Below are positions 23,053 through 33,734 of a stretch of DNA of 64,000 nucleotides, piece by piece. The first letter of the stretch is position 1. Every line of letters begins with the position of its first letter. Under the pieces are notes generated by a model, which did no database searches, was not told where the DNA came from, and saw only the letters and a program-made list of their open reading frames with translations. The DNA is from Neophaeotheca triangularis (taxonomy: Eukaryota): NCBI GenBank assembly GCA_054600435.1, contig BAAIJX010000001.1, positions 248,001 to 312,000 of the forward strand. Reading direction: 5' to 3'. The position numbers were made by a program, and so were the translations under genes.

Positions 23053-26000
23053 GGCTCTACAAGCGGTACCCGCACGTGGCTTTGAGAAGCAAGATTCGCG
23101 GCGTCAACATTCACGACTGGAGATTCGATTGTACCTAGGTAAGTAGTTCGCCGACACTCTGGAGGCTTTTGCGGGCATTGAATCTTTTCTCTATTATTGT
23201 TATAGCGACGATCCCGCCGTTGAGAAGAAGAGAGCTGCTGCTGATCCTGAGAAGTACCTAGTATGCCGACTTTCAACACGGCTACTGGTCGGCTTCTCGC
23301 GCTCACGTGTACACGGCAAAGCGCCTTGTCTGCGCTTCTCGGCTCTGGTTGTGGGGACTCGGGGGAGTTGTTATGCAACGGTTGACTAGAGAAGGGAGAG
23401 TGCCGATCCCATTTTCGAGTGCTTGACTAGCCCTGTCCTTACGTTGCCTGATCTGATCCTGAGAGTTACGGCACGTCCAATAATCTCTGAGATGTCGCGG
23501 TTGCGAGTTGACTGATGATGGTCCGGGATGTCGTTGAGGAATCTCAGACCGGCGGGACATTTGGTATCGTGGGCATGTTCCTTCCAACAGCTCGAGATGC
23601 AGCTAGATCAAGTGGCTGTAACAGCTATTGCCGTACGACCAGCCGGCAATAATTTGATTAATAATCCTAACACACATTAAGTTCCAAGGTAGTTGGTATT
23701 GAGAGGACTCTTCAACACTGCACGCCGCGTAAAATGTGGAACGTATATTCAGTGGCTTATTGTTATTATTGTAATTAGTACAGTGGGTGCCTTTTCCTAC
23801 GGTACTGAGTTTTGTGCCTTTCCCCACAGCGAAGGCGAGCCAAGCTTGCGATTTGCGTGCTCGTGCCGCTCACACCTTGCGCTTGTGGAAGGTCACACTC
23901 ACGACTCACTCTCGGACACCTACCTTGGCCCTTCGTACAGACGGGCATTATTGTTATTATTATTCTTCCCCATAAGTTACCCCAGACGCTAGCCGTCCTC
24001 AGCCATTCTTCTCTTAGCTTATTAATGTTCTTAACAACTAGTTAATGGTCTGGTTGTAGGTCAGGTACTCTTTGACTACCGGCTCAGCGATGAAGAGCCG
24101 GTAAAGCCTTTAGCAAGCTAATAAGGTCCCAAGCCGCGCAAAGCTGGACCTATAGGCTGCGGCATGACGAGAATATTGCAGCGTAATATAGTATTTGGAA
24201 CAGGAAGCGTCTGGCGGAACGGTGAACCTGAATGCTAAGCTACCTGGTGGACTCTCGCCATGACATGACGTCCGCGGATACAAAAACGCCATAGGTAGGT
24301 TAATTGTTGTCTGGTGGCTCGCAAAGGTCACGAGCAACTTTCTAGTGCATGAATCCGGCCTGCCGCGCTCGATCGACGCAGCACTACTACTCGACCCGCT
24401 CGCTTTTCCTGAACCGTACAGTAGTAGTACCTTATCCATGCTAGTAATAATAACTAGTTGCTACGACGGCCACGGCGGCGGCGGCGGCGGTGCTGCACGT
24501 CTCGCAGTGGCATAACAATGCATGCAGCCAGCCGTGTGTAAGGTACCTTGGTAGTCGCTTCGAATCCACCTCCTGACTCCTGCTGGACTCGCGATTACTA
24601 CCTGACTTGTCGAGACTTGGCATTTCAGGAACGACAGCTCGATCCACCTGCCAGGAAGAGACGTGGAGCTAAGCAGTGCCACCGCCAGGCCGCCTGTCAG
24701 GTTGTCTCCTGCTGTCTCCGGGGCCCCTCTCGGCAGACATCAACCGCCATTATTATTATTATTATTATTCGAAAAAAGGGCGATTGGGGGAACCAATGGT
24801 GGTGAATGAAGCAAGTCACTACTGATCTTGCCGTACCAGCTGCCACCAGGACATGTTCGGATTGTTAGAGTTATTGTTCGATCAGGAAGAGAGAGGCAGG
24901 TAGTGAACGAGAAGGGTAACTGCTGACGAATGACCATTTCAGCGTTAAAAGCGATTTGTACAGCAACCGGCAAACACACATTCCGAGCTGCGAACCGTGA
25001 CTACTGATGTCCTCTAGCTCTCGCCTCTGGCCATTATTATTACTGCCGTGACTACTACTACCACGCGAGTAATAAGTAGTAATAGTACTAGTATCGTGGC
25101 TTTCAGCCAAGTATTCAGGCCAGGCCAGGGTCTTGGAGCTGGAGCAACTAGGGTACCATGGAGCATTGCGATCCGAACTTCCCGCCCACACCTTTTCGCT
25201 GCCAGCCAGCATCCTGGAACTGGAAAAGTCGAACTAAACAGCATTTGGTCACGCTAGATGCAGCCAATCCTCGAGGGGCGTCAGCGGCACAGCGCAAGTC
25301 GAATGGCCCACCGCAGCACGCTCCTACAGTACAGTAGTAGTGGTGACGGCAATAATAATAACAATAATAATAATGCGCTGTGGCAGGTAGGTAATAATGC
25401 CGTGCGAGTAGTGAATACTAGTGATGTATGTAGGTAGCTCATCCATGTCTGTCTGTTCAAGGTCCATCTACCTACTTACCTTACTGTATACATTTTACAA
25501 ACGAATCTAAACCACCATCTCCGCCGAATCCGCATTATCATTGCAAAGCGGATACTACCTACCTTACCTACTACTGTACCCAAGCCTGCCCCCCGGCTCT
25601 CCGAACGGCGCGTGTGCGAGAGAGAAAAGACATCGAAAGGGAGAGCAGCCAAGTACTACTGTATCCTTCTCCGGACCCCAGATTTTCCCCAAGTCCCGTC
25701 CTCCTGCTACTCCATTATCCATTGGCACCTCTTCGCGCCTCCTTCATCCTCTCTCTCACCTCTCACCGCACCAAGCTACTACTAACTAACTTAAGGCGGC
25801 CACCAAGTCGGAGGAAGGGCAGTACCTAGTGAACGGACGGACGTTGTTGGCGTAAGTCGAGACGTCGATTAGAGCTAGCAACTCCTGCGCCTACTTTCCG
25901 ACTTCGGTGAAGCTCGAAAGTTGAATTGGAATAAAGTTCCGCGCTTGGTTGTTCAGTTCAGGCCGCTTCCACTATATCCTGCTGCTTGCTTGACCGAGCC

Positions 26001-26541
26001 ACCGTGCCCCAAAACTATCCATCGGATGCCCTGCTGAGTCTCTTCGGACTTTAGTGACGATCAGTTACAACTTCCTTCCGCCTCTTCTCCTCCACAACAG
26101 CCGTCAACGACGTACGCCACTCTTGATCGGCAACAGACGCTCGACTGAATACACAAGACTCAATTGTTTGACTGGTTGGTGTTAGGCGTTGGGCTTGGAT
26201 GTAGTGGCACACTGTGTCTCTCTGGCATCAAATCGGCCTCTCTGAATCCATCGCGATCGTCGACAATCCGCGCACGATATAGAACGAGCCGACTCGAGTT
26301 TACGGAAGCAACACCAGCACCAGCGACGCTAGGACGAAGCCACCACATCGGATTGTGTCGAGGTTGTGCCATTGGAGCCGTGCAAGAGTGCTCGTTCGAT
26401 GCTCCACGACAGACGGGCGCACACATTCACCGAACACAGCCGAGTGTGAATACTGGAGGTGGGCATAGCTTGGGAACAAGCCCAACGGGAGTTTGAGTGA
26501 CGAAGCGAAGAGTTGTTCACTGTAGCTTTATACGCGCAATC

Positions 26542-29500
26542 ATGGCCATGGACACAGCAAACAAAGTAGAGACCGAGGCCGAATCCACGGACACCTTGAC
26601 ACTAGCGAGGACATCCTCCAGTACCGATGACGGCGCTCCGACGAAGTGTAGTGGGGCCAATGAACAAAATGGAACCAACGGAGGGCAGTTCCCCTCTTCG
26701 AAGGCAGACAAGCCAAAGCCACACGTATGTGGAACTTGCGCGCGATGTTTTGCAAGGCTGGAACACCTAAAGCGCCACGAACGCTCACACACCAAGGAGA
26801 AACCGTTTGAGTGTCCAGAATGCACCAGGTGCTTTGCCAGAAGAGATTTGCTGCTACGCCATCAGCAAAAGCTGCACATGACAAATCCGGCATCGTCGCG
26901 ACCTCGTACTGGAAGGAGGGAAAGCGTGACTGGAGCAGGGTCAACTGGAGCCAAGGTCCGGAAGAACTCGGTAGCCAACATCAGTTCCGGGGGGCCCACA
27001 GCCTCGACAGTGGCAGGCCACAGACCTAGAGCGAACACGATAAGTCACCTAGATCTGTCTTCGCTGGGCTTGTTACACGGGACCAACGAAGGCTTCAGCA
27101 GATTTGATGGCCTTGGCATCAGCCATGGCTCCCAAACAGCTATGGACGGCATGCATGCTCCGATGAACTTCGACTTCCGAGGCATGTCAGCCTCCTCAGG
27201 TCTTCAGGGGCACGGAAATCCGCATGGCCTGCCCAAATTGGACGTACAATCGATCAATAGCATGGATCCTGGAAACTCTTTGCGGACAGCTCCACCGATG
27301 GCGGGCTTTGGTGGCTTCGACTTGGATTCCTTATTCGGTAGTGACACCACTGTCAACCCAGCGCAGTTACATGTTGGTGGTCCGTTGTCGTCCACTACGC
27401 CATCATTTCCGCAATATCCGGATTTTAACAATCAGCAGCATCCCGCCGAACAAAACGATGAGTTCGGGTGGATGAGAAACTGGAATCTGCAAATGCAAGC
27501 CAACGATGATAATGAGCAAGTCATCGACGAATCTTCGCCGTCACGCATGAGTAGCGGAGACAGCCCGGGCGACTACAACGACAGCTTACAGAATAGCAAT
27601 GTCAACATCAACATGCAGCAGAACCACTTCCAATGGCCGCAACGCGACATGCTACAACCACGGCAGACGCCAGGAGAGAGTTTTCAGCTGGACGCACTCG
27701 GCTCAGGTTTGCCCAAAGTCGACCCGCCCTTGGGAATGATGAATGGTCACCCGCATCAGGAGCATATGCCCCACGACATCTTCTTTCAACAGGCTTTGCT
27801 TCTTCAGCAGCAACAGCAGCAGCAGCAGCAAATGCGAACACAGGCACAGAATGAGGGTATGCAGGGCATCCCATCCAATGGCTACCCACCATCTGCATCA
27901 AACTTCAGCTCCGACAGTCCCAGTGTCGCTTCTTCATCCATGGCCGGCAGCGCTAGGCAAAGTTCTGTCACTTCTGCTTCTCCGAGTTCTATCAATGACG
28001 CCACAAGGCAAGCACTGCTGATGAGCCTATCGCAACCGTCAGTGTTTGGCCACAACCACCGCAAGTACTCTCAGCCGAGCATCAGCTCCCCCCTTTCGCC
28101 GAGCAACAGCAGAGGATCGGGTCAATCCCCGAGTCTGCCAAGCACGGCGGATATTTGCAGATACCTCGATTCATTCATTCAGTTTGCTCACCCCCACATG
28201 CCCGTCACCCATGTACCCACGCTTTCGTTCGATGCTGAGCAGTATTCGAGTGCTATGAAATCTCCCGCGCACGTACCCGGACAAGCCAACATACAAGGCG
28301 GTGGGGGATGTCTTATCTTGGGAATGGCCGCCATGGGAGCTCTGTACGAGTACGATCATCCGGCCTCGAAGGAACTGTTCGATGCCTCGAAAAAGATGAT
28401 GTTCCTGGACCTCGAGGAGCGCCGCAAAGCCGACATGTCTGCAGCTGTCAACGGCCCGCACTCTGGCGATGGCGGTAACAATACGCCTCTTTGGCTGGTT
28501 CAGGCGATGCTGCTGAATGTCATCTACGGCCATCAGTGTGGAGATAAAACAGCTGCCGACATAGCGAGTAATCACTGTGCTGCGCTTGTCAGCCTCGCAA
28601 GAGCGGCGGATTTGGCAAAATCTCCCGACGATGATGGTGGGGATGTGAATATGGTCAACGGCGTTAGGCGATACGTGAACAATGAAGCCGAACTTCACCA
28701 GCAATGGCTCGAGTGGAAGAACCAAGAGGAGCGGAAACGGACGCTCTTCTCGATTTTCATCATCTCAAGCTTGCTCACTACAGCTTACAATCAAACGCCG
28801 ACAATCATGAACTCGGAGATTCTCCTAGACTTGCCGTGCGATGAGGAGCTGTATGCTGCGGGAAGTGCACAAGAATGGCAGAATCTGGGTGGCCTTGCCG
28901 CGTGCGAAGCCAGCTCCGTCCCATTCGCAGAGGCGCTGAGTACTCTTCTGACTGCTAACCAGCGAGAAACCGCCAAGCAAGCCCCCAACCCTTACAACAG
29001 CAGTAACAACAATAATCCGCTTGGAACTCTTCAAGCTGGCGAAGCCATTGCGAGCCTCAAGCCCAGCACTTTTGGCTGTCTTGTACTGATCAACGCACTG
29101 CACAATTACATCTGGGAGACGCGAAGTCGACACAATGGCCGGCAATGGACCGCTCAAGAGACTGAATCCATGTTTACTCACATCGAGCCTGCACTCAACG
29201 CCTGGCAGGCTGCATGGAAAGCCAGAGACCATCACAAACTCGAACGACCCAACCCTTTTGGCCTAGGACCGTTGGCTGCTGACAGCATACCTCTATTGGA
29301 TCTGGCTTTTGTCCGGCTGTTCGTGAACCTTGGTAGAGCCAAAGAAGCATTCTGGCAACGAGACTTTGATGGCATGGCAAACGAGCTGGCTCGTGGGACG
29401 GAGATTGTGCAGCACGCGGAAGGTGTCTCGAGCGAGACTCCTCCTGACGAAGCCGGAGACTCACAAAATGCTACAAAAGGCGACGATCAAAAGAGAGCCT

Positions 29501-30146
29501 CGCAAGCGGCTCTCCCCACCCAGACATCTACAAAACGCGAACGACACTTGCGCAAAGCAGCCTTCTATGCGGCAGACTCCCTTACAATCGCCTGCAGCTA
29601 CAATCTCACTTACGCCGACGCCACTGCTCACGAGCTGCCCATACAATCCGCCATCTGTTTTTTCGATTGTTGCCAAGTGCTCGCCGAGTGGGCATGCACC
29701 GTTCAAGAGCGCGTGGGAAGTTTCCTCGGCATCCTCGGCCGCGACCAGATCGATTACACTCACGTGCCAGCCATCATGCTTCTGGAAGGCGAGGATGTCG
29801 AGCTCTTGCGGAAGATCGAGCGCATCTGCGAGAGCCTCGAGACGAAGCGGTTCCAGCAAGAGAACTTGCTCGCCATGGATCTCCAGCACCTCAACGCTTC
29901 AGCGCCTATGAATATGCATAATAACGTCAACCTTGGCAACTGTACGTACGGTAGCAAGGTGCTGCGCATCTCTGCCATGATGCTGGAGAAGGCGGTCGTG
30001 TGGCCAGGTAAGCCTGCCATAACCTCTAATGTCGTCTTGAATTTAAAACTGACAAGTCTACTACAGTGACGCACGTCATGGCGAAAGCGCTCGAGACTCA
30101 AGCTGCTCACATGGACTCCCGCGCTGAGGCATCGATTGCGCAGTAG
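26542..30146 (+). CDS. Adr1/AmdX/Mxr1-like C2H2 zinc-finger transcription factor with a fungal TF middle-homology region; exons 26542-30007, 30067-30146
   Basis: Two fingers [50 protein letters not shown], poly-Q, and an [11 protein letters not shown] motif. Intron GTAAGC..CTGAC..CAG. Confidence 0.92.
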
Positions 30147-30651
30147 CAACCTGGCTTGCTACACCCGAGTCCACCCTCACGAAAGTCTCCTCGACACCGC
30201 TAAGCGGAAGATTTCGGCTCTCACGGCAGGGAGGGGCGGGTGTTGATGTACGTACGCTCCCGGCCATTTCCTTATTCCGGACAACAGGCGCGCTGTACAT
30301 ACCAAAAGCCCGACTTGTCCTGTGCATACACAGAAAAACCCAAGATACTACATCTAATTCAAATATGGGAACGGCACGGTTGCGAAAAAAAAAAAAGAAA
30401 AAAAAAACACCCCTGTCTTTTCTGACAACGACTCTGATGAAGACACGGCATGGGATCTGGAGTTTTGGTCTAGTCTGGCTTAAGTGAAGTTCTGGAAAAG
30501 CGGGCCAGGCTCAGGAGGGAGGGATCTTGATATTCTGCTTAGTTCAAAAGCGTTTTGCTTTCAGTAGCTTAGCCTCTCGTTGCGAGCGTATCTTTAATTG
30601 ATAGTCCTTGCTATCGGCTCTGCAGAGATATGACCGTACCATTTTCAGCCA

Positions 30652-30819
30652 GTCACGTGGGTGATGTCGAGGTGCTACCGCTGTATCTTTTTCAGTACGT
30701 ACCTCCTAGCACCTCTGGAGACAGAGCGATTCCGCACGACGGCCTTGTTGGTACGTACCTCTACAGCACGCAACCACCACGTGTAGCCCTTGTCAACATT
30801 TTCCATATCTGCACACGTG
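30652..30819. promoter_or_regulatory. Three CACGTG E-boxes upstream of DUG3
   Basis: GTCACGTG at 30652-30659; CACGTG at 30778-30783 and 30814-30819. Confidence 0.45.
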
Positions 30820-31054
30820 CTTGAACATTCCAGATCGTCAATCGATCGGAACCCCGCAAGACTGATTGCGGGCAAGCGACGAACGAGCCTGAGATCCACA
30901 CCTACACTACTTCACCTGTGGTCGCCCTACATAGCCAAACCCCTCATCTACTCCTCACCTACGGGCCGGCGATCCAACCTTGAAAAGTAGGTACACGGCA
31001 AAGTGGGCTGCAAAAACGCCCCAGACACCTCTCGCCCATCCCCCAAAAGAAGCA

Positions 31055-32254
31055 ATGTGCCGCTTCCTCATCTACTCCGGCCACGCGCCCATCCTCCTCT
31101 CGCACCTCATCACCTCTCCCACCCACAGCATTCTCACGCAATCCTACGACTCGCGTCTCCGTCTGGACACCCGCCGGCCGCACAATGGCGACGGCTTCGG
31201 TGTAGGCTACTACACGACAGCGCCCCCAGCGCGGCGCCGCGTGGGATCCGTGTCCGAAGGCACCGCCGCCGCCGCCGCCGCCGCCGGTGACAAGCAATCG
31301 CAAGCCCAGCTGGTGCAGAGCGAGGAGCTGATAGACCTGGGCCCGGAGCCGTGCATTTTCACCAGTACGATTCCGGCTTGGAATTGCCGCAACCTCGAGC
31401 GGCTGGCGAGTAAGACGGTGTCGCCGCTGGTGTTTGCGCACGTGCGGGCCAGCACTGAGGGCGCGCTGAGCGATAGCAATTGCCATCCTTTCAGCCGCGG
31501 GGCGTTGATGTGGATGCACAATGGGGGTGTAGGCGGGTGGACTGCGGGGGTCAAGAGGAAGCTTGTGACGGATGTGGGGGATAGGTGGTTTGAGGGCGTT
31601 GGGGGGAGTACGGATAGCGAGTGGGCTTTTGCGCTGTTTTTGGACTCGCTGGAGCAGATGGGCGTGGATCCCGATGAGGAGCGGCCGCAGAGACATGGGT
31701 TTGGGCATTGTGTGCTGAGGCGGGCTATGCTGAAGACGATTGAACGTATCAACGGGTACCGCAAGGCTTTGCCGGAAGCCGCGCGAGGCACCAGCCTGCT
31801 CAATTTTGCCATTACCGATGGCAAATCTGTCGTGTGCACTCGCTATGTCTCCTCGCGCACGGATGAGGCCGCCAGCCTTTTCTTCAGCTCGGGGACCAGC
31901 TGGCGCGAGCAAAGCGCAACGGCAGCGGACGGCACTTCGACTACGGGAAAAGGCGAATACAAGATGGAGCGCCGGGACAAAGGCGCCGACATTGTGCTCG
32001 TGGCTTCGGAGCCCTTGACGTTTGAGAGAGACAATTGGGTCACGGTGCCGACCAATAGTGTGCTTACCATTCACAATCAGACGGTTCTCATACACCCGAT
32101 TCTCGACGAATATTACAACCATACCCCGAGCTACCAGAGGAGCAAGAGGTTTGCGGCAGATCAGGGGCAGACTACCACGGATGGCATGCCTGCGGAAGGC
32201 GCGGCGAAGAACGGTGCGCCTAGCTCGGTGAGCGTAGCCGTGGGTGCTGGGTGA
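31055..32254 (+). CDS. DUG3: Class II glutamine amidotransferase DUG3 (glutathione degradation)
   Basis: N-terminal MCRF (Ntn nucleophile Cys). Motifs NGDGFGVGYY, PAWNCRNL, FAHVRAS, NCHPF, MHNGG, GSTDSEWAFALF and VASEPLTFE. Confidence 0.93.
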   Translation: MCRFLIYSGHAPILLSHLITSPTHSILTQSYDSRLRLDTRRPHNGDGFGVGYYTTAPPARRRVGSVSEGTAAAAAAAGDKQSQAQLVQSEELIDLGPEPCIFTSTIPAWNCRNLERLASKTVSPLVFAHVRASTEGALSDSNCHPFSRGALMWMHNGGVGGWTAGVKRKLVTDVGDRWFEGVGGSTDSEWAFALFLDSLEQMGVDPDEERPQRHGFGHCVLRRAMLKTIERINGYRKALPEAARGTSLLNFAITDGKSVVCTRYVSSRTDEAASLFFSSGTSWREQSATAADGTSTTGKGEYKMERRDKGADIVLVASEPLTFERDNWVTVPTNSVLTIHNQTVLIHPILDEYYNHTPSYQRSKRFAADQGQTTTDGMPAEGAAKNGAPSSVSVAVGAG

Positions 32255-32519
32255 TGTCCCTTCTACGAACAAAGTTTGATTTTAGCGAGAGAGTCCGGAG
32301 TTGGGTTTTTAATCGGAGCTGTCAGTACGCTGGTACAGCATGTACAACTAGACCCTGGAGCCTTTTGGAGGCAGGATAGGTCTCTCTAAGCCTTTACAAC
32401 TCAAAAGTAGCAGCAGCCGTTGAAAGGCCCATCAAACACCACTAACGCCATGCATCGTTTTCGTGACCACGTAATACGCCTCAGGAATGCCCCAACCCGA
32501 CCATCTTGATTTTCCCCTC

Positions 32520-32856
32520 TCAATCCTGCTTGTCATAGAAAATATCGTGATACCGATGGGTAGCATCCACGACGGCTTCGACGGCGGCAAAGTCTGCAAG
32601 TCTCGTTAGCCGTCTAAGGAAACCAAACCCCGTCACGGAGTAATCTCACCAATCTTATCCTCCGGCCCAAAATCCGTCGACGCCATCACTTTGACGGAAA
32701 GGTCGTTTTGCACTTTGCCAATGATTTCGAATGCGTGGTTGACTTGGAGATGGGCATCCTGTTTTTGAGGGAATCTTGCCGTCAGTAAACGAAAGAAAGA
32801 AAAAAAAAATTAACACGCTCGCAAGTGCTTTTCTTTTCACAGGTCCCGTCTCGGGG

Positions 32857-32894
<38 letters not shown>

Positions 32895-33065
32895 CCCCGC
32901 AAAGGCTGAGCTACTCACCCTGTTCAAGAAGAGATTGACCTGCCCCCCGGCGTCGATGGTCGCCTGCTCGCCACGTATCTGCCGTACTTTGCCGAGGATG
33001 CGGACGGTACGATGGGAGAATTGCTCGAGGTACGCGGCTGTGATACGGGGGGTTGATTCGGCCAT
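32520..33065 (-). CDS. RFA3: Replication protein A small subunit (RPA3/Ssb3); exons 33065-32919, 32758-32650, 32593-32520
   Basis: MAESTPRITAAYLEQFSHRTVRILGKV...DAHLQVNHAFEIIGKVQNDLSVKVMASTDFG...DFAAVEAVVDATHRYHDIF; 109 aa. Intron 1 contains a (CT)n tract. Confidence 0.92.
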
Positions 33066-33157
33066 TGTTTGTGGGCGAGGGGGGGAGGGGGGGCGATATG
33101 TCTTGTCTGAGAAGGTTTGTTTGCGGTGTGGGTGTGTCGGGATCTGAAGCTTGTCAG

Positions 33158-33182
33158 ACGCGTTTTGGTAGCCTTGACGCGT
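33158..33182. promoter_or_regulatory. Two MCB elements (ACGCGT) about 100 bp upstream of RPA3
   Basis: ACGCGT at 33158-33163 and 33177-33182. RPA genes are classic MBF/G1-S targets. Confidence 0.7.
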
Positions 33183-33314
33183 AGAGTGGTTGCCTGATTT
33201 GTAAGCTTACTGACGGCAGCGGATTCTCGCTTGCAACGATTAAACATTATTAATAATCTTGTCATTCTCACACCACATCACGTGATACCAATGAGTAACA
33301 TCAGTTATTCGCTA

Positions 33315-33402
33315 TCTTCATTGGTCTAGTGGTCATGATTTCCGCTTGTCAGTTAACAACTGTCAAGCGCGGGAGACCTGGGTTCGATTCCCAGATGGAG
33401 AG
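33315..33402 (+). tRNA. tRNA-Asp(GTC) with a 16-nt intron (33352-33367)
   Basis: Acceptor stem TCTTCAT/ATGGAGA, A-box TGGTCTAGTGG, anticodon arm TCCGC-TTGTCA(intron)C-GCGGG, B-box GGTTCGATTCC, and a downstream T-run terminator. Confidence 0.95.
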
Positions 33403-33734
33403 CCAATTCTTTTTGCCATATCTGATTCATTCTTATTTTTGATTTTTAATCTTTCATCTTATTTCTTCCAACGAGTGGTTTGTTACTCTTAAAGAATGGT
33501 CTCGTTTCTCGTTTCTTTTTCTGTACGAGCATTGCCGCACAAGTATATATTAGGTGGCTTTTCGCGCTCGGCGTGTTGGAGTGGCTATTGAAAGAGAAAC
33601 TAACTTGGGTCTCACTAGAAAAAGCGTTGATAGTCGACAGAAACAGTACTTGCACGTCCCTTGATCAGGCAAAAAAGGCTCTGCAGATGGAATGCAGACC
33701 ACTTTGGTCTCGCAGTGGGTTGACAGTGCTCCAC

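Noticed and set aside
22875..23260. ATGATGA/CTGA motifs suggestive of C/D snoRNAs
   Set aside because: I could not identify terminal stems or rRNA-complementary guides; an Rfam/snoscan search is needed.
30959..32272. 437-aa antisense ORF covering all of DUG3
   Set aside because: Mirror frame of a GC-rich gene, non-ATG start, Arg/Ala-rich shadow composition.
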